This document shows positions 19,618 through 29,791 of a DNA stretch of 64,000 nt, one piece after another; position 1 is the stretch's first letter; the number at the start of each line of letters is the position of its first letter. The translations under genes were made by a program, and so were the position numbers. Location of the stretch: positions 206,661-270,660 of the forward strand of contig CALFYW010000016.1 of assembly GCA_937952265.1 (NCBI GenBank). The letters are read 5' to 3'. The notes under the pieces are model-generated. The model had not been told where the DNA came from. It did not search any database and saw only the letters and a list, made by a program, of their open reading frames with translations. Source of the stretch: an uncultured bacterium (lineage in GTDB: Bacteria > Patescibacteriota > Minisyncoccia > Phycocordibacterales > GCA-2401445).

Positions 19618-19884
19618 ATGATCCCTTTAAATAAATTTCTTGAAAAATTTTCTCGTATTACTCCTCCAGAGTTTTTTATTAAAGAGGCAATTATTACCGG
19701 TTTACATGAGATTCTTAATATTTCTCTTGAGCAAGACAAAGTTCGTTTTAATAAAAAACAACTATATGTTACGGTGGTAGCACCCTCGGTTATTAAGCAT
19801 GAAATTATGCTTCAACAAGACCGTCTCATAACGCACATTAATAAAAAACTTCCACGAAGCTCTTTTATTAAAAAAATTGTCTAA
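19618..19884 (+). CDS. DUF721/DciA-like small protein
   Basis: 88 aa. The pattern KKQLYVTVVAPSVIKHEIMLQQDRLITHINKKL matches the DUF721 core (L.V.v.s..w..eL......l...ln). Position after dnaN is typical. Confidence 0.4.
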   Translation: MIPLNKFLEKFSRITPPEFFIKEAIITGLHEILNISLEQDKVRFNKKQLYVTVVAPSVIKHEIMLQQDRLITHINKKLPRSSFIKKIV

Positions 19885-20846
19885 TCGAGAATATAATTCT
19901 TAATTATTTTTTTAATCGTATTACTAGGAATTGAGAAACCAATATTATTGGATCCTACTACTGTAGCAACATTAATACCAATTACTTCACCGTCAATATT
20001 TACGAGTGGTCCACCCGAGTTTCCTGGGTTGATTGCGGCGTCAGTTTGAATTACATTCTCAAGACGCTCAGTTTTATTTCCATTAGAAGCATCAATAGTT
20101 CGATTGAGTCCAGAAATAATACCAATTGATACTGAGTTGTTATATTCTCCCAATGCATTACCGATAGTTAATACCGTTTGTCCTAAACGAATCGTGCTTG
20201 AATCCCCAAATACTACTGTTGGTAAGGAATTTTTTGGAACCTTAAGTACCGCAACGTCGTGCTCCATGTCTCGGTACACCACTTGTGCTGGTAACTGCGT
20301 GCCGTCATAGAGAAGGACGGTATAAAGAGCCTCATTATCAGAGACCACATGACGATTAGTAACAATGTAACCATTCTTGCTTGCGATCACACCGGTACCC
20401 GCACCTACTTGTTGCGTCTCAACCCCTTTTTGTTGATAAACAGGAATTCGAAAACCAATATCTTTAAAAAACGGATCATCCCCAAAGGGGTTTCGATACA
20501 CCACTTCAAGTTTAGGCACATCTTTAGTAACCACAATTGAGACTACTCCAGGAGTTATACGCTCAACAGCGCTCGTTACCAACTCTTCTTGTGATTTTTT
20601 TCTAACAATTTCCCTGTTTTGAATCTCTTGAAGCGAAATAATATCTTCTGATATTTCACCAGTTACTGACGCAACCTCGTTTTTAAGTAGCGCGATCTGT
20701 TTCTGGAGAACTACTATTTTCTCATTAAGAATTTCTTCTTGGAGCACCAGAGCTTCTTTGGTGCTCGAGATTCCCTCAAAGGCGAAAAAGAACACCGCAA
20801 AGATAAAAAGTAGAAAAAGTACTTTTTTTATATAATGAAATGCCAT
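19881..20846 (-). CDS. trypsin-like serine protease, HtrA/Do (S1C) family without an evident PDZ domain
   Basis: N-terminal TM and coiled-coil. Catalytic His (TNRHVV), Asp, and Ser (GNSGGPLVNIDGEVIGINVA). Confidence 0.8.
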   Translation of the reverse strand: MAFHYIKKVLFLLFIFAVFFFAFEGISSTKEALVLQEEILNEKIVVLQKQIALLKNEVASVTGEISEDIISLQEIQNREIVRKKSQEELVTSAVERITPGVVSIVVTKDVPKLEVVYRNPFGDDPFFKDIGFRIPVYQQKGVETQQVGAGTGVIASKNGYIVTNRHVVSDNEALYTVLLYDGTQLPAQVVYRDMEHDVAVLKVPKNSLPTVVFGDSSTIRLGQTVLTIGNALGEYNNSVSIGIISGLNRTIDASNGNKTERLENVIQTDAAINPGNSGGPLVNIDGEVIGINVATVVGSNNIGFSIPSNTIKKIIKNYILD

Positions 20847-20849
20847 ACA

Positions 20850-23429
20850 TTAAAACCCAACACGAATGGTTTTTGTTATTTCTCCTCGATTATACACTGA
20901 GTCAGTAGCAACAACACGAAGCGTGTTTTCAGCTGATATGGTATCGATATCAGCAAGAGTAAATACAAAAGAAAAGGGATTTTGGCGTGCTGAACCGATA
21001 TAGTGCTCGTTGAAGAAGAAATCAACCTTAGAAAGTGGGTACACCCCTGTATTTTTTACTGTAACATGGATTTTTCCTGACACGGGGTACGTTACTCCTG
21101 TTTCGATACCACTTAGTTCAAGTTTTGGTTGTGTTTCTTTGGTATGGATATCATCCTTTTCAGTTGGGATAGTTGAAGGATCTCCTTGTGTGATATTATT
21201 TTCCGCCGCCCATTTCAAAACTCCATACTCCCACAGTAGAAACTGGGGTGAATCGTTAGGATCTTTTGGAGGATTACCACGGGGATCTTGTGGATCAACC
21301 CAATATAAAACGGAGTGTACGTCAGAAATCGCAAACTCTTTTTTTGTTTCTTCGGGAGTGTATTGGGTTGCGAGTTTCCCAGACATGGTATCGATGGTGT
21401 AAGTTACTCCTCCTTGCCAAATACCACGGAGCACTGGTTTGATGTTTTGATCAAGTAAAGGAGGTTCTTCAAATGATTCGTTTGGTAATTGTTCGAGAGC
21501 CGCATCCATAAATGCTCTCCATAAAGGTGAGATCCGGAGTCCGGCTACGTTATTCATCGGACTATTGTCATTGTTTCCAGCCCATGCTCCAACCGCAATG
21601 GTTGGGGTATAGCCAATAATCCACGCATCTCGATAGTCGTTCGTGGTACCTGTTTTAACCGCCACATCATGTTCGGTAAAATGAATTAATGAATTTGCTC
21701 CAAAGAGTGGTGTTCGTGCCACGTTATCAGAGAGAATATCTGATATTTGCCGTGCAACTTTTTCTGAAATTTCCCGACGCGGATCAAGAGATCTTTCCTC
21801 AATGATGTTTCCAGCCTGATCCTCGATTCTTAAAATACTTCGGTAAGGGTTTCTGATTCCATCATTTGCAAAAACACTGTACGCACTGGTTATTTCAAGA
21901 GGAGTTACCTCACCGCCTCCAAGTACTAAAGTGAGACCGTATTGATTCACATCTGAGAGTGTGCTGATCCCAAGATCCCGTGCTGTTTGGAGGGATTCTT
22001 GTAACCCTGAAAGGTAGAGTATTTTAATAGCGGGTATGTTTACTGATTGGGCAAGCGCATTCCGTAAATTGATAGGACCTCGAAATTGATTGTCGTAATT
22101 TTGCGGCATATAGCAGGATGCGTTGGGAGTAAGCGGTTCTCCGGTTGGGCTACATGAGGTTGAGAACTGTGTTTGAAGGTCGAAAAGTACTGTTTCTGGG
22201 GTATAACCTTTTTTAAAAGCGGTTGCATACACAAAAGGTTTAAATGCGGATCCGGGCTGCCTTTTTGCAAGCGCGACATTAAAATTTCCATCGATTTCTT
22301 GATCAAAATAGTCACGGGATCCAACCATAACCAAGATATCCCCATTTTTAGGATCTACGGCAACTAACGAAGCATTCTCGGCGTCAAAAGTTTCTGCGTT
22401 TTTGAGCGCAAAATCTTTCACGATTTCCTCCGCACGTTCCTGGAGAGGAAGATCAATGGTGGTAATCACTTTAAGCCCATCCTCCTCAATAGCTCGTTTT
22501 CCGTACTGCTGTTCTAATTGTTCGATAACATAGAATACAAAATGTGGCGCGCTAATTCCTGTTTTGGGGCGGGGGAGAAACACCACCTCTTCTGCTAACG
22601 CTTCTTCATGTTCTTTCTGGGAGATAAACAATTCTTCCTGCATTCTTGCCAAGACTAAATCTTTTCTGTCTTCAAGCGCTTCCCGGTTATTTCCGTAAGG
22701 TGAATAGAATGTTGGGGCTTGCGGAAGCGCCGCAAGGTACGCTGATTCCGCAATCGTAAGCTCTTTTGCTGACTTTCCAAAAAACATTTGGCTTGCTTCT
22801 TCAACCCCGTAAATATTTCCCCCATAAGGAACTTCATTGAGATATTGCGCCAAAATTTCTTCTTTACTTAGTAATTTTTCAAGTCGGAAAGCTAAAACCC
22901 ATTCTTTGAGTTTTCGAGAAATAGTTTTTTCGGTAGTGAGAAGCGCATTTTTAATCACCTGTTGCGTGATTGTTGAACCCCCCTGAACCCCTTTTCCTCT
23001 CAGTGGCTGGATAAATACCGCGCGAAAGGTGGCTATAGGGCGAATACCTTTATGTTCATAAAATTGGGCATCTTCGATTGCTACGGTAGCATTTTTGACG
23101 TGGCGTGAAATCTCATCGAAAGGGATTACAGTCCTTCTAATATCATCGTGCACATCATAGAGAAGGATTTCTCCCGTTCGATCATATATTTTAGTTGATT
23201 GTGTTATTTTTCGTTCATCAAAAGACTGTAGATCGGGCATTTTAAAAGACGCAATCCACAGGAAAAACACACCAGACCCGATCATTCCTGAAATGATGGT
23301 CCATAAAAATACTTTTTTGAAAAATGTCTTTTTTTTAGTACGGGGCATATTACCAAGCCTGGTGAGCATTAAACACCAGTAATGATCAAATAGTAACACA
23401 AACCATACTGATTTATGAGGAAAATGCAA
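20850..23429 (-). CDS. class A penicillin-binding protein (bifunctional transglycosylase/transpeptidase, PBP1A-like)
   Basis: GT51 motifs AIEDAQFYEHKGI and RGKGVQGGSTITQQ. Transpeptidase SxxK (GSAFKPFVY), SxN and KTG(T) (VAVKTGTTNDY). A C-terminal ~120-aa extension. Confidence 0.9.
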   Translation of the reverse strand: MHFPHKSVWFVLLFDHYWCLMLTRLGNMPRTKKKTFFKKVFLWTIISGMIGSGVFFLWIASFKMPDLQSFDERKITQSTKIYDRTGEILLYDVHDDIRRTVIPFDEISRHVKNATVAIEDAQFYEHKGIRPIATFRAVFIQPLRGKGVQGGSTITQQVIKNALLTTEKTISRKLKEWVLAFRLEKLLSKEEILAQYLNEVPYGGNIYGVEEASQMFFGKSAKELTIAESAYLAALPQAPTFYSPYGNNREALEDRKDLVLARMQEELFISQKEHEEALAEEVVFLPRPKTGISAPHFVFYVIEQLEQQYGKRAIEEDGLKVITTIDLPLQERAEEIVKDFALKNAETFDAENASLVAVDPKNGDILVMVGSRDYFDQEIDGNFNVALAKRQPGSAFKPFVYATAFKKGYTPETVLFDLQTQFSTSCSPTGEPLTPNASCYMPQNYDNQFRGPINLRNALAQSVNIPAIKILYLSGLQESLQTARDLGISTLSDVNQYGLTLVLGGGEVTPLEITSAYSVFANDGIRNPYRSILRIEDQAGNIIEERSLDPRREISEKVARQISDILSDNVARTPLFGANSLIHFTEHDVAVKTGTTNDYRDAWIIGYTPTIAVGAWAGNNDNSPMNNVAGLRISPLWRAFMDAALEQLPNESFEEPPLLDQNIKPVLRGIWQGGVTYTIDTMSGKLATQYTPEETKKEFAISDVHSVLYWVDPQDPRGNPPKDPNDSPQFLLWEYGVLKWAAENNITQGDPSTIPTEKDDIHTKETQPKLELSGIETGVTYPVSGKIHVTVKNTGVYPLSKVDFFFNEHYIGSARQNPFSFVFTLADIDTISAENTLRVVATDSVYNRGEITKTIRVGF

Positions 23430-23459
23430 TAGTAAGATTCGTGTGGTATTGTTGATACT

Positions 23460-24680
23460 ATGAAAGTTGAAAAGGACCCAGAAAAAATTGATGAACTTCT
23501 AACAAGAACTGTTTCCGGAATACTTCCGTCATCAAAAGAGCTTCGAGAGCTTCTCTTAAGCGGGAAGCGACTGCGGGTTTATTTGGGGCTTGATGCTACT
23601 GGTTCGGAAATCCATCTTGGGCACATGATTCCACTTTCAGTTTTGGAGCAGTTTCGTCTACTCGGACATGAAGCGATAGTGTTATTTGGTGATTTTACCG
23701 CTCAAATTGGAGATCCTGCTGATAAAAACGCGGTCCGGAAAGTTTTAACTAAAGATCAAGTTGAAGAAAACCTAAAAACATGGGAGGCTCAAGTTGGAGA
23801 AATTGTCTCTTTCGACGATCCTAAAAACCCAGCGATAATCAAGCGTAATAGTGAGTGGCTTTCTAAACTCTCATTTGATGAGCTTATTACGATCGCGTCT
23901 CAATTTACGGTTCAGCATATGATAGAACGTGATATGTTTGAAAAGCGCCTAACTGAAGGTAAGCCGATTTTTCTTCATGAATTTTTTTATCCCCTTATGC
24001 AAGGATATGACAGTGTTATGCTCCATGCTGATATTGAAATCGGGGGGAGTGATCAGTTGTTTAACATGCTCGCAGGAAGGACATTGGTGCGTATTTTTGA
24101 AAAAAAAGAGAAATTTGTTATTACCACACCTCTCATTTCGCATCCACATACGGGAAAGAAATTAATGAGTAAAAGTGAGGGGGATTATATTTCAATCACG
24201 GAAGATGCGCGTAATATGTATGGAAAAATCATGGCGCTCCCTGATGAAGTCATCATTCCTTTATTTACACACATTACCACCACACCGCTTTCAGTGATTG
24301 AAAAAATGAAGAGTGAGCTTTCTGGTGGCAAAAATCCTCGCGATATCAAGCATATACTCGCTCATGAGGTAGTTGCTCGAATTCATGGACCCGAGAAAGC
24401 GGGGGAAGCTCAAGAATCTTTCATTACTTCATTTCAGAAAAAAGGGGTCCCGGATGAAATACCAGAAATCTCAGTTCAGCAAGGCGCGCGGTTGGGAGAT
24501 GTACTCTGTGACAGTGGGCTTGTTGGCTCTAAAAGTGAGTTTCGCCGCTTAATTTTAGGAAATGCAATTCGGGAAGTGCCTGGGGATAGAGTCGTTCTTT
24601 CAGAGTATGCTATAATCTCGCAGGACATAGTTCTTCGAGTTGGAAAACATCGCTTTATTAAGGTGAAGGTTGTGTCATAG
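23460..24680 (+). CDS. tyrS: tyrosyl-tRNA synthetase
   Basis: HIGH motif as HLGH (GSEIHLGHMIPL), KMSKS (KKLMSKSEG), and a C-terminal S4-like domain. Confidence 0.9.
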   Translation: MKVEKDPEKIDELLTRTVSGILPSSKELRELLLSGKRLRVYLGLDATGSEIHLGHMIPLSVLEQFRLLGHEAIVLFGDFTAQIGDPADKNAVRKVLTKDQVEENLKTWEAQVGEIVSFDDPKNPAIIKRNSEWLSKLSFDELITIASQFTVQHMIERDMFEKRLTEGKPIFLHEFFYPLMQGYDSVMLHADIEIGGSDQLFNMLAGRTLVRIFEKKEKFVITTPLISHPHTGKKLMSKSEGDYISITEDARNMYGKIMALPDEVIIPLFTHITTTPLSVIEKMKSELSGGKNPRDIKHILAHEVVARIHGPEKAGEAQESFITSFQKKGVPDEIPEISVQQGARLGDVLCDSGLVGSKSEFRRLILGNAIREVPGDRVVLSEYAIISQDIVLRVGKHRFIKVKVVS

Positions 24681-24701
24681 TGATGTTTTTTAACCAGAGT
24701 A

Positions 24702-24746
24702 AGAAAAAACCTCCTCATGTGGTAATACATGAGGAGGTTTTTTCTT
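24702..24746. terminator. bidirectional rho-independent terminator between tyrS (+) and the ruvB-yebC-ruvC operon (-)
   Basis: AAAAAACCTCCTCATG-loop-CATGAGGAGGTTTTTTC, a 12-bp stem flanked by A-run and T-run. Confidence 0.75.
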
Positions 24747-24992
24747 AAATCTAGCGCTAATTATTCTTCATCCGTTTCTCCATCTTCATCATCAAACCCT
24801 TCTTCGTCTCCATCATCGATGACGCTTTCTTCCTCGTCTTCGTCTGATGAGGCGTTGTCGCCGTCAAATTCGTCTTCGTTCCACATGAACAAATATTTAA
24901 CTCATAATGTGATATGCGGTGCATATCAGACCTATTATGTCCCCGATTATTTTTTTTGCAATAGTATTTTTTTCGCTGTTTTGTGGAAAAGT

Positions 24993-25481
24993 TTAGGTTT
25001 TGAACTGGAACCCGTGTTCTGTTGCAAAGCAGGTAATACCAACGGCAATAGCATCATATTCGTCATCATAAGATACTGTTTTTTCGATGGTAATGAGCTG
25101 GTGTACCATGTGTTGGACCTGCTTTTTATCTCCACGCCCATACCCCACAATCGCATTCTTAACCTCAAGAGGAGTGTATTCAAATATAGAGAGCCCTGCT
25201 TTTTCTGCTTCATAGAGGATAACTCCTCGCGCGGATGCCACCAGTAGTGCTGTTTTCTGATTTTTATTAAAGAATAAATTTTCAATTGCTAATGCGTTTG
25301 GTTTATACACCGCAATTGTGTCGCTGATTGCTCGTCCGATATCAGTAAGGCGTTTTGGAAAATCATCCCCTTTTTTGGTGGTAACACATGATGAAAAAAG
25401 AAGCGTTTCTTTTTGGGAGATTTTTTCAATTATCGCAATTCCAAGACGGTCATATCCAGGATCAACCCCAAGTACGCGCAT
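24993..25481 (-). CDS. ruvC: crossover junction endodeoxyribonuclease RuvC
   Basis: MRVLGVDPGYDRLGIAIIE... RNase H-like fold with acidic catalytic residues. Downstream of yebC and ruvB. Confidence 0.9.
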   Translation of the reverse strand: MRVLGVDPGYDRLGIAIIEKISQKETLLFSSCVTTKKGDDFPKRLTDIGRAISDTIAVYKPNALAIENLFFNKNQKTALLVASARGVILYEAEKAGLSIFEYTPLEVKNAIVGYGRGDKKQVQHMVHQLITIEKTVSYDDEYDAIAVGITCFATEHGFQFKT

Positions 25482-25485
25482 ATTT

Positions 25486-26022
25486 TTATTGAGTCACGGC
25501 ATTAGTAAAAACATCCTGCACATCCTCGTGTTGATCGAGTTCTTTTATGAGCTCTTCGAGGGTAGCCCACTCTTTTTCTTTAATGGGAATAGTGGTTTCG
25601 GGTATCCATACCATGCCTTCTTTTTTAAAAGCCCACGTTGCGGCTCCTGGTGTTGCAAGTGCAAGTTGATAGGTTCCGAGCAAGTGTTTTATCTCGGCTG
25701 CTGTTTTGTTGCGATTATCAGATAATGCCTCAATAATGATTGCCACTCCTCCGGGGCCGTATGCTTCGTAGGTAATCTCAAAAGAGGCGCTTCCTTCATT
25801 TTGCATTCCTTTTTTGACCGCGCGATCAATATTTTCCTTCGGGATATTAAATGAGCGTGCTTTTTCTATCGCGGCACGAAGATTTGGAGAAGTGATATCT
25901 CCGTTGGCTGTTTTTGACTGCGCGGTAATAAGTCGTAGTATTTTTCCGAAGACATTACTCCGTTTTAGATCGGCAGTAGCCTTTTTATGCTTTATCTTTG
26001 ACCATTTATTATGCCCCGACAT
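25486..26022 (-). CDS. yebC: YebC/PmpR-family transcriptional regulator
   Basis: True start MSGHNKWSKIKHKKATADLKRSNVFGK... at 26020-26022. The tracked ORF runs further upstream into ruvB. Confidence 0.9.
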   Translation of the reverse strand: MSGHNKWSKIKHKKATADLKRSNVFGKILRLITAQSKTANGDITSPNLRAAIEKARSFNIPKENIDRAVKKGMQNEGSASFEITYEAYGPGGVAIIIEALSDNRNKTAAEIKHLLGTYQLALATPGAATWAFKKEGMVWIPETTIPIKEKEWATLEELIKELDQHEDVQDVFTNAVTQ

Positions 26023-26026
26023 AGTT

Positions 26027-27043
26027 TTAAAGTAATTTCTTTTGTATATCACCAGGAACTTCAAATCCCATATGGGTATATCCTTGTTCAGTAACCACTC
26101 GACCCTTCGGCGTTCGTTTAATAAGGCCGGTCTGAAGGAGGTACGGTTCATAGACTTCTTCGATCGTAGCATTTTCTTCAGAAGTAGCGGCGGCAATCGT
26201 GCTAATACCTACTGGCCCCCCGTTAAATTTAGAGATGATAGTTTCAAGTACGTGGCGATCTGCGCTGGTGAGGCCTAAGGTGTCGATATGAAGTAATTCA
26301 AGCGCGGCATTAACGAGTGTGGCATCGAGTGTCTTCGCTCCTTTAATTTGGGCAAAATCTCTGGAGCGCTTTAGAAGATAGTTTGCAATTCGGGGTGTTG
26401 ATCGGCTACGTTTTGCAATAGCTTCCGCGGATTCTTTATCTTTAAGCTCAATATCAAGTAACGAAGCTGAACGTGTAATAATTTTTTCTATTTCTTCGTC
26501 AGTATAATACTCTAAACGAAACACTCCTCCTGAAAATCGAGAACGAAGCGGGGCAGAGAGGAGCGCAATACGGGTCGTTGCAGCAATAAGCGTAAAAGGG
26601 GGGAGTTCAAGCTGGATGGTTCGGGCAGACGGCCCTTTTCCAATAATAATATCAAGTGATCCGGACTCCATTGCCGGATAGAGCACCTCCTCAACGGTTT
26701 TGTGTAATCGGTGAATTTCGTCGATAAATAAAATATCCCGTGGTTTCAAATTAGTGAGTATCGAAGCAAGATCACCCACCTTTTCAATTACTGGCCCGGA
26801 AGTTTGGCGAACAGATACTCCTGTTTCTTTAGCAATAAGATGCGCAAGGGTGGTTTTTCCAAGGCCTGGAGGACCATAGAAAAGAAGATGTTCAGGGGCG
26901 TGATCCCGTACTTTTGCAGCTTCCAGTAAAATCGATAGATTCTCTTTGATGTGTCGCTGTCCAATATAGTCGTTCCATGAGGTGGGGCGTAATGTTGAAT
27001 CAAGAGATTGATCACGAAATTCTTTTTTAATATCACTTGACAT
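26027..27043 (-). CDS. ruvB: Holliday junction branch migration ATPase RuvB
   Basis: Walker A GPPGLGKTTLAHLIA, Walker B ILFIDEIHRL, C-terminal winged-helix domain. Confidence 0.95.
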   Translation of the reverse strand: MSSDIKKEFRDQSLDSTLRPTSWNDYIGQRHIKENLSILLEAAKVRDHAPEHLLFYGPPGLGKTTLAHLIAKETGVSVRQTSGPVIEKVGDLASILTNLKPRDILFIDEIHRLHKTVEEVLYPAMESGSLDIIIGKGPSARTIQLELPPFTLIAATTRIALLSAPLRSRFSGGVFRLEYYTDEEIEKIITRSASLLDIELKDKESAEAIAKRSRSTPRIANYLLKRSRDFAQIKGAKTLDATLVNAALELLHIDTLGLTSADRHVLETIISKFNGGPVGISTIAAATSEENATIEEVYEPYLLQTGLIKRTPKGRVVTEQGYTHMGFEVPGDIQKKLL

Positions 27044-27312
27044 TAATATATTTTTATGCTAAGTTAACGCAAGATTTAGAGGCGATCCAGAGGATACGTC
27101 TCTAAGCAATGAAGCCTCTTTGAGGTTTAGCGGTGTTTCCTCGAGGACACTCTGGAGCCATCTTTCGATGGATTTCTGGGGTTATCCTTTAAGTCACACT
27201 CAACTTTTATTATTTCCAATGAAAGTATTGCTTAGAGATTTATCACCTGGATCGTTTTCTTTTTGCATTATACACTCTTTTTCCCTAAAAAAACCTTTAC
27301 AGAGGATTTAAT

Positions 27313-28977
27313 TTATTCTGGAAGTTCAATAACACGCTGGAGTTCTTCAAGGGATGTTTCTCCGTTCAAAACAGCGAGAACTCCTTCTTCTGCCATCGTT
27401 AAGATACCTTGATTTCGAGAAGCACGCGCGATCTCTCGCTCGCTCCCATGCTCTCTTACCACTTTTTCAATTTCATCATTAACGCGCACCGCTTCGAAAA
27501 TACCAATGCGCCCTTTAAATCCGGAAGGATTCTCGGGTGTTTCTGTTGGAACCCAATGGTGTTCAGTTTGTACTGGTCCGTAGTCGCTCGGAATACCGCT
27601 CAATATTTTTTCAATACGATTTTTCTCTGATTCTTTAAGAGGAACTTTCTCTTTAGATTCTGGATTAAGTCGTCGTACTAAGCGCTGCGCGAGCGCGATA
27701 TTAACTGCGGAACTAATAACTTTTGGATCAACCCCAAGATCGATTAATCGTGGAAATACTCCAGCGGCAGTGTTGGTATGGAGTGTTGAGAGTACGAGGT
27801 GCCCGGTGAGCGCGGCGTTGATAGCGATTTCAGCGGTTTCTTCGTCTCGAATTTCACCAACCATAATAATATCTGGATCTTGTCGGAGCGCTGCTCGTAA
27901 TCCGCTTGAAAAAGTGTAAGCATCGCCATCAGTTTGCGTTTGCACAATACCATCGAGGTGGTATTCAACGGGGTCTTCAATGGTGATGATTTTAATGTCG
28001 GGAGAATAAATTTTTTTTAGAAAGGCGTAAAGGGTGGTCGTTTTTCCTGAACCCGTTGGCCCTGTCGTGAGAATCATCCCGTTGGGCTTTTTAATTTCTT
28101 CACTGATGATGCTGAATAATGTATCAGGAATACCGAGCTCTTCAAGCGGAACCGATATGCTTTGGGGGTCAAGAATACGCATAACAATGGATTCTCCATA
28201 CGCATCCGGAATAATCGAGGTTCTAATTTCAAGTTCTCGTGTGTCAGTATTGATACTGAATCTACCGTCTTGGGCAGCATTTTCAATATTCAGTTTTAAT
28301 CCAGAGATAAGTTTAATTCGTGAAAGGATCAAACGGTATGTTTCTTGCGGGACTGTTTCAATATCGTTTAACACTCCATCAAGGCGGAACCGAAGACGGA
28401 CTTCCGACTGGTTTGGTTCAAAGTGAATATCTGACGCGGAAAGTGAAAGGGCTCCTGCAATAATAACCTCAACAATTTTGGAAGTCTGGGTGCGGTTTTC
28501 AACTGCGAGTACCTGACTGGTTAGTTTTTTAATATCATCAATAGTACGAACTTTCTTTGAGAGCGAGCTGATGTCTTCTTGCGCAATGTCGAGTATGCCA
28601 ATATCACTTTTTTTCTCAATGGTAATGTCTTTGTACCGAGCAAGCGCTCGTTCGAAACTCTTGGTTGAGACGAGATAGGGAGTTACGATATATTTCTCTT
28701 TCGCAAGGTTCCCTATCAATTTTTTTAGCGTCTCTTTTTTAGGATCTCGAATTGCAAGCCCTACTTTTTTACCGATAAGCGCAAAAGGTACCGCGGAGGA
28801 TGCCAGAGCTTCTTGGTGAGGTATCAATCGAAGCGCGTCTGCTTGAATAGGTGCTTGGGTAAGATTAATATATGCTAATCCGAGTGATTGAGCCTCGTGT
28901 GCCACCGCACGCTCCTCCGCGTTTTCCCGAATTTCTTTTAGTTGTTCCGCTTGCTCTTTATCGTTGAAGGTTACCAT
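27313..28977 (-). CDS. type IV pilus / type II secretion assembly ATPase (PilB/GspE family)
   Basis: Walker A GPTGSGKTTTLYAF, Asp box, Walker B IIMVGEIRDEETA, His box LVLSTLHTN. Confidence 0.9.
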   Translation of the reverse strand: MVTFNDKEQAEQLKEIRENAEERAVAHEAQSLGLAYINLTQAPIQADALRLIPHQEALASSAVPFALIGKKVGLAIRDPKKETLKKLIGNLAKEKYIVTPYLVSTKSFERALARYKDITIEKKSDIGILDIAQEDISSLSKKVRTIDDIKKLTSQVLAVENRTQTSKIVEVIIAGALSLSASDIHFEPNQSEVRLRFRLDGVLNDIETVPQETYRLILSRIKLISGLKLNIENAAQDGRFSINTDTRELEIRTSIIPDAYGESIVMRILDPQSISVPLEELGIPDTLFSIISEEIKKPNGMILTTGPTGSGKTTTLYAFLKKIYSPDIKIITIEDPVEYHLDGIVQTQTDGDAYTFSSGLRAALRQDPDIIMVGEIRDEETAEIAINAALTGHLVLSTLHTNTAAGVFPRLIDLGVDPKVISSAVNIALAQRLVRRLNPESKEKVPLKESEKNRIEKILSGIPSDYGPVQTEHHWVPTETPENPSGFKGRIGIFEAVRVNDEIEKVVREHGSEREIARASRNQGILTMAEEGVLAVLNGETSLEELQRVIELPE

Positions 28978-29167
28978 TTTTCTATCATACCCTGTTTTGG
29001 GTGCTATAAGAAGATATTCTTAACAAACAACATGGAGAAAAATGGTGAATAATTACTACATCGAGATATATAGGCTTGACGAAGGATCCTCAAGTATGTA
29101 GAGGTTGTGGCGTATTGATCTTATCGGACCCGGTCTAGTAGCCAATACTGGAAGAAAATCGTGCTAC

Positions 29168-29539
29168 TCAATATCTGCTCAAAGATAATAAAAAGGGAGT
29201 AAGCAAAAGGAAAGCAACGGGTGAAATAAGTCCCAAAGTCATTGCATCCTTAATATGGCGAATATCCTCTCCCTTTTTTGCAGTTCGTGAAAGGAGGTTG
29301 GATCCAGTAACTCCAATGACCACACAAACCGGCACCAAGATGAACAGCACAGCAGGCATTACAGCAAATGCTAGCCCTAACGTATATCCTTCCACTCCGG
29401 CCAGCGAACGATATGTTGCAATCGCGCCGAAAATGGTCAGAATAAATACAGTATATGAGAATACGATAAACGCTTGTTTTCCTGACATTCCTTCATGATA
29501 CAGTATTTGCTTTCCAAACAGCACTGTTGATAACCGCAC
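29168..29539 (-). CDS. hypothetical small membrane protein
   Basis: Three predicted TM helices and no motifs. The start may be an internal Met. Confidence 0.3.
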   Translation of the reverse strand: MRLSTVLFGKQILYHEGMSGKQAFIVFSYTVFILTIFGAIATYRSLAGVEGYTLGLAFAVMPAVLFILVPVCVVIGVTGSNLLSRTAKKGEDIRHIKDAMTLGLISPVAFLLLTPFLLSLSRY

Positions 29540-29596
29540 ATACCCGAGGTTCGACCTCAGGCATACTGTTTAAAAACCAGCAAATAAGCCTTCATT

Positions 29597-29623
29597 ACCA
29601 GTCAACCTGCCAGGTTGACTGGT
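29597..29623. repeat. perfect 13-bp-arm palindrome (ACCAGTCAACCTG-C-CAGGTTGACTGGT) in a divergent intergenic region
   Basis: Read directly from the sequence. No immediate T-run follows, so an operator or structured element is as likely as a terminator. Confidence 0.5.
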
Positions 29624-29695
29624 GGGGAGGGGATTTAATTATTTCGGTTATTAAATAGGCCGTATTGTTATTAGAACAGTGAACCATTAGGGGTA

Positions 29696-29725
29696 TTGAC
29701 AAAGTATATTATATTATGCTATAAT
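29696..29725 (+). promoter_or_regulatory. consensus sigma70-type promoter (TTGACA - 18 nt - TGcTATAAT)
   Basis: Exact -35 TTGACA at 29696-29701 and exact -10 TATAAT at 29720-29725 with an extended-10 TG. RBS GGAGGG at 29782-29787 precedes the ATG at 29792. Confidence 0.6.
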
Positions 29726-29791
29726 ATATGTAGGATTGAAAAATCAATAATTCAGTATCTGAAACCGTAAAAACAAAAACTGGAGGGAAAA

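Noticed and set aside
24729-25247. 172-aa plus-strand ORF with a poly-Ser N-terminus
   Set aside because: It is antisense to ruvC and to the acidic GA-rich spacer. Its composition is the mirror image of real coding on the minus strand, and it runs through the bidirectional terminator.
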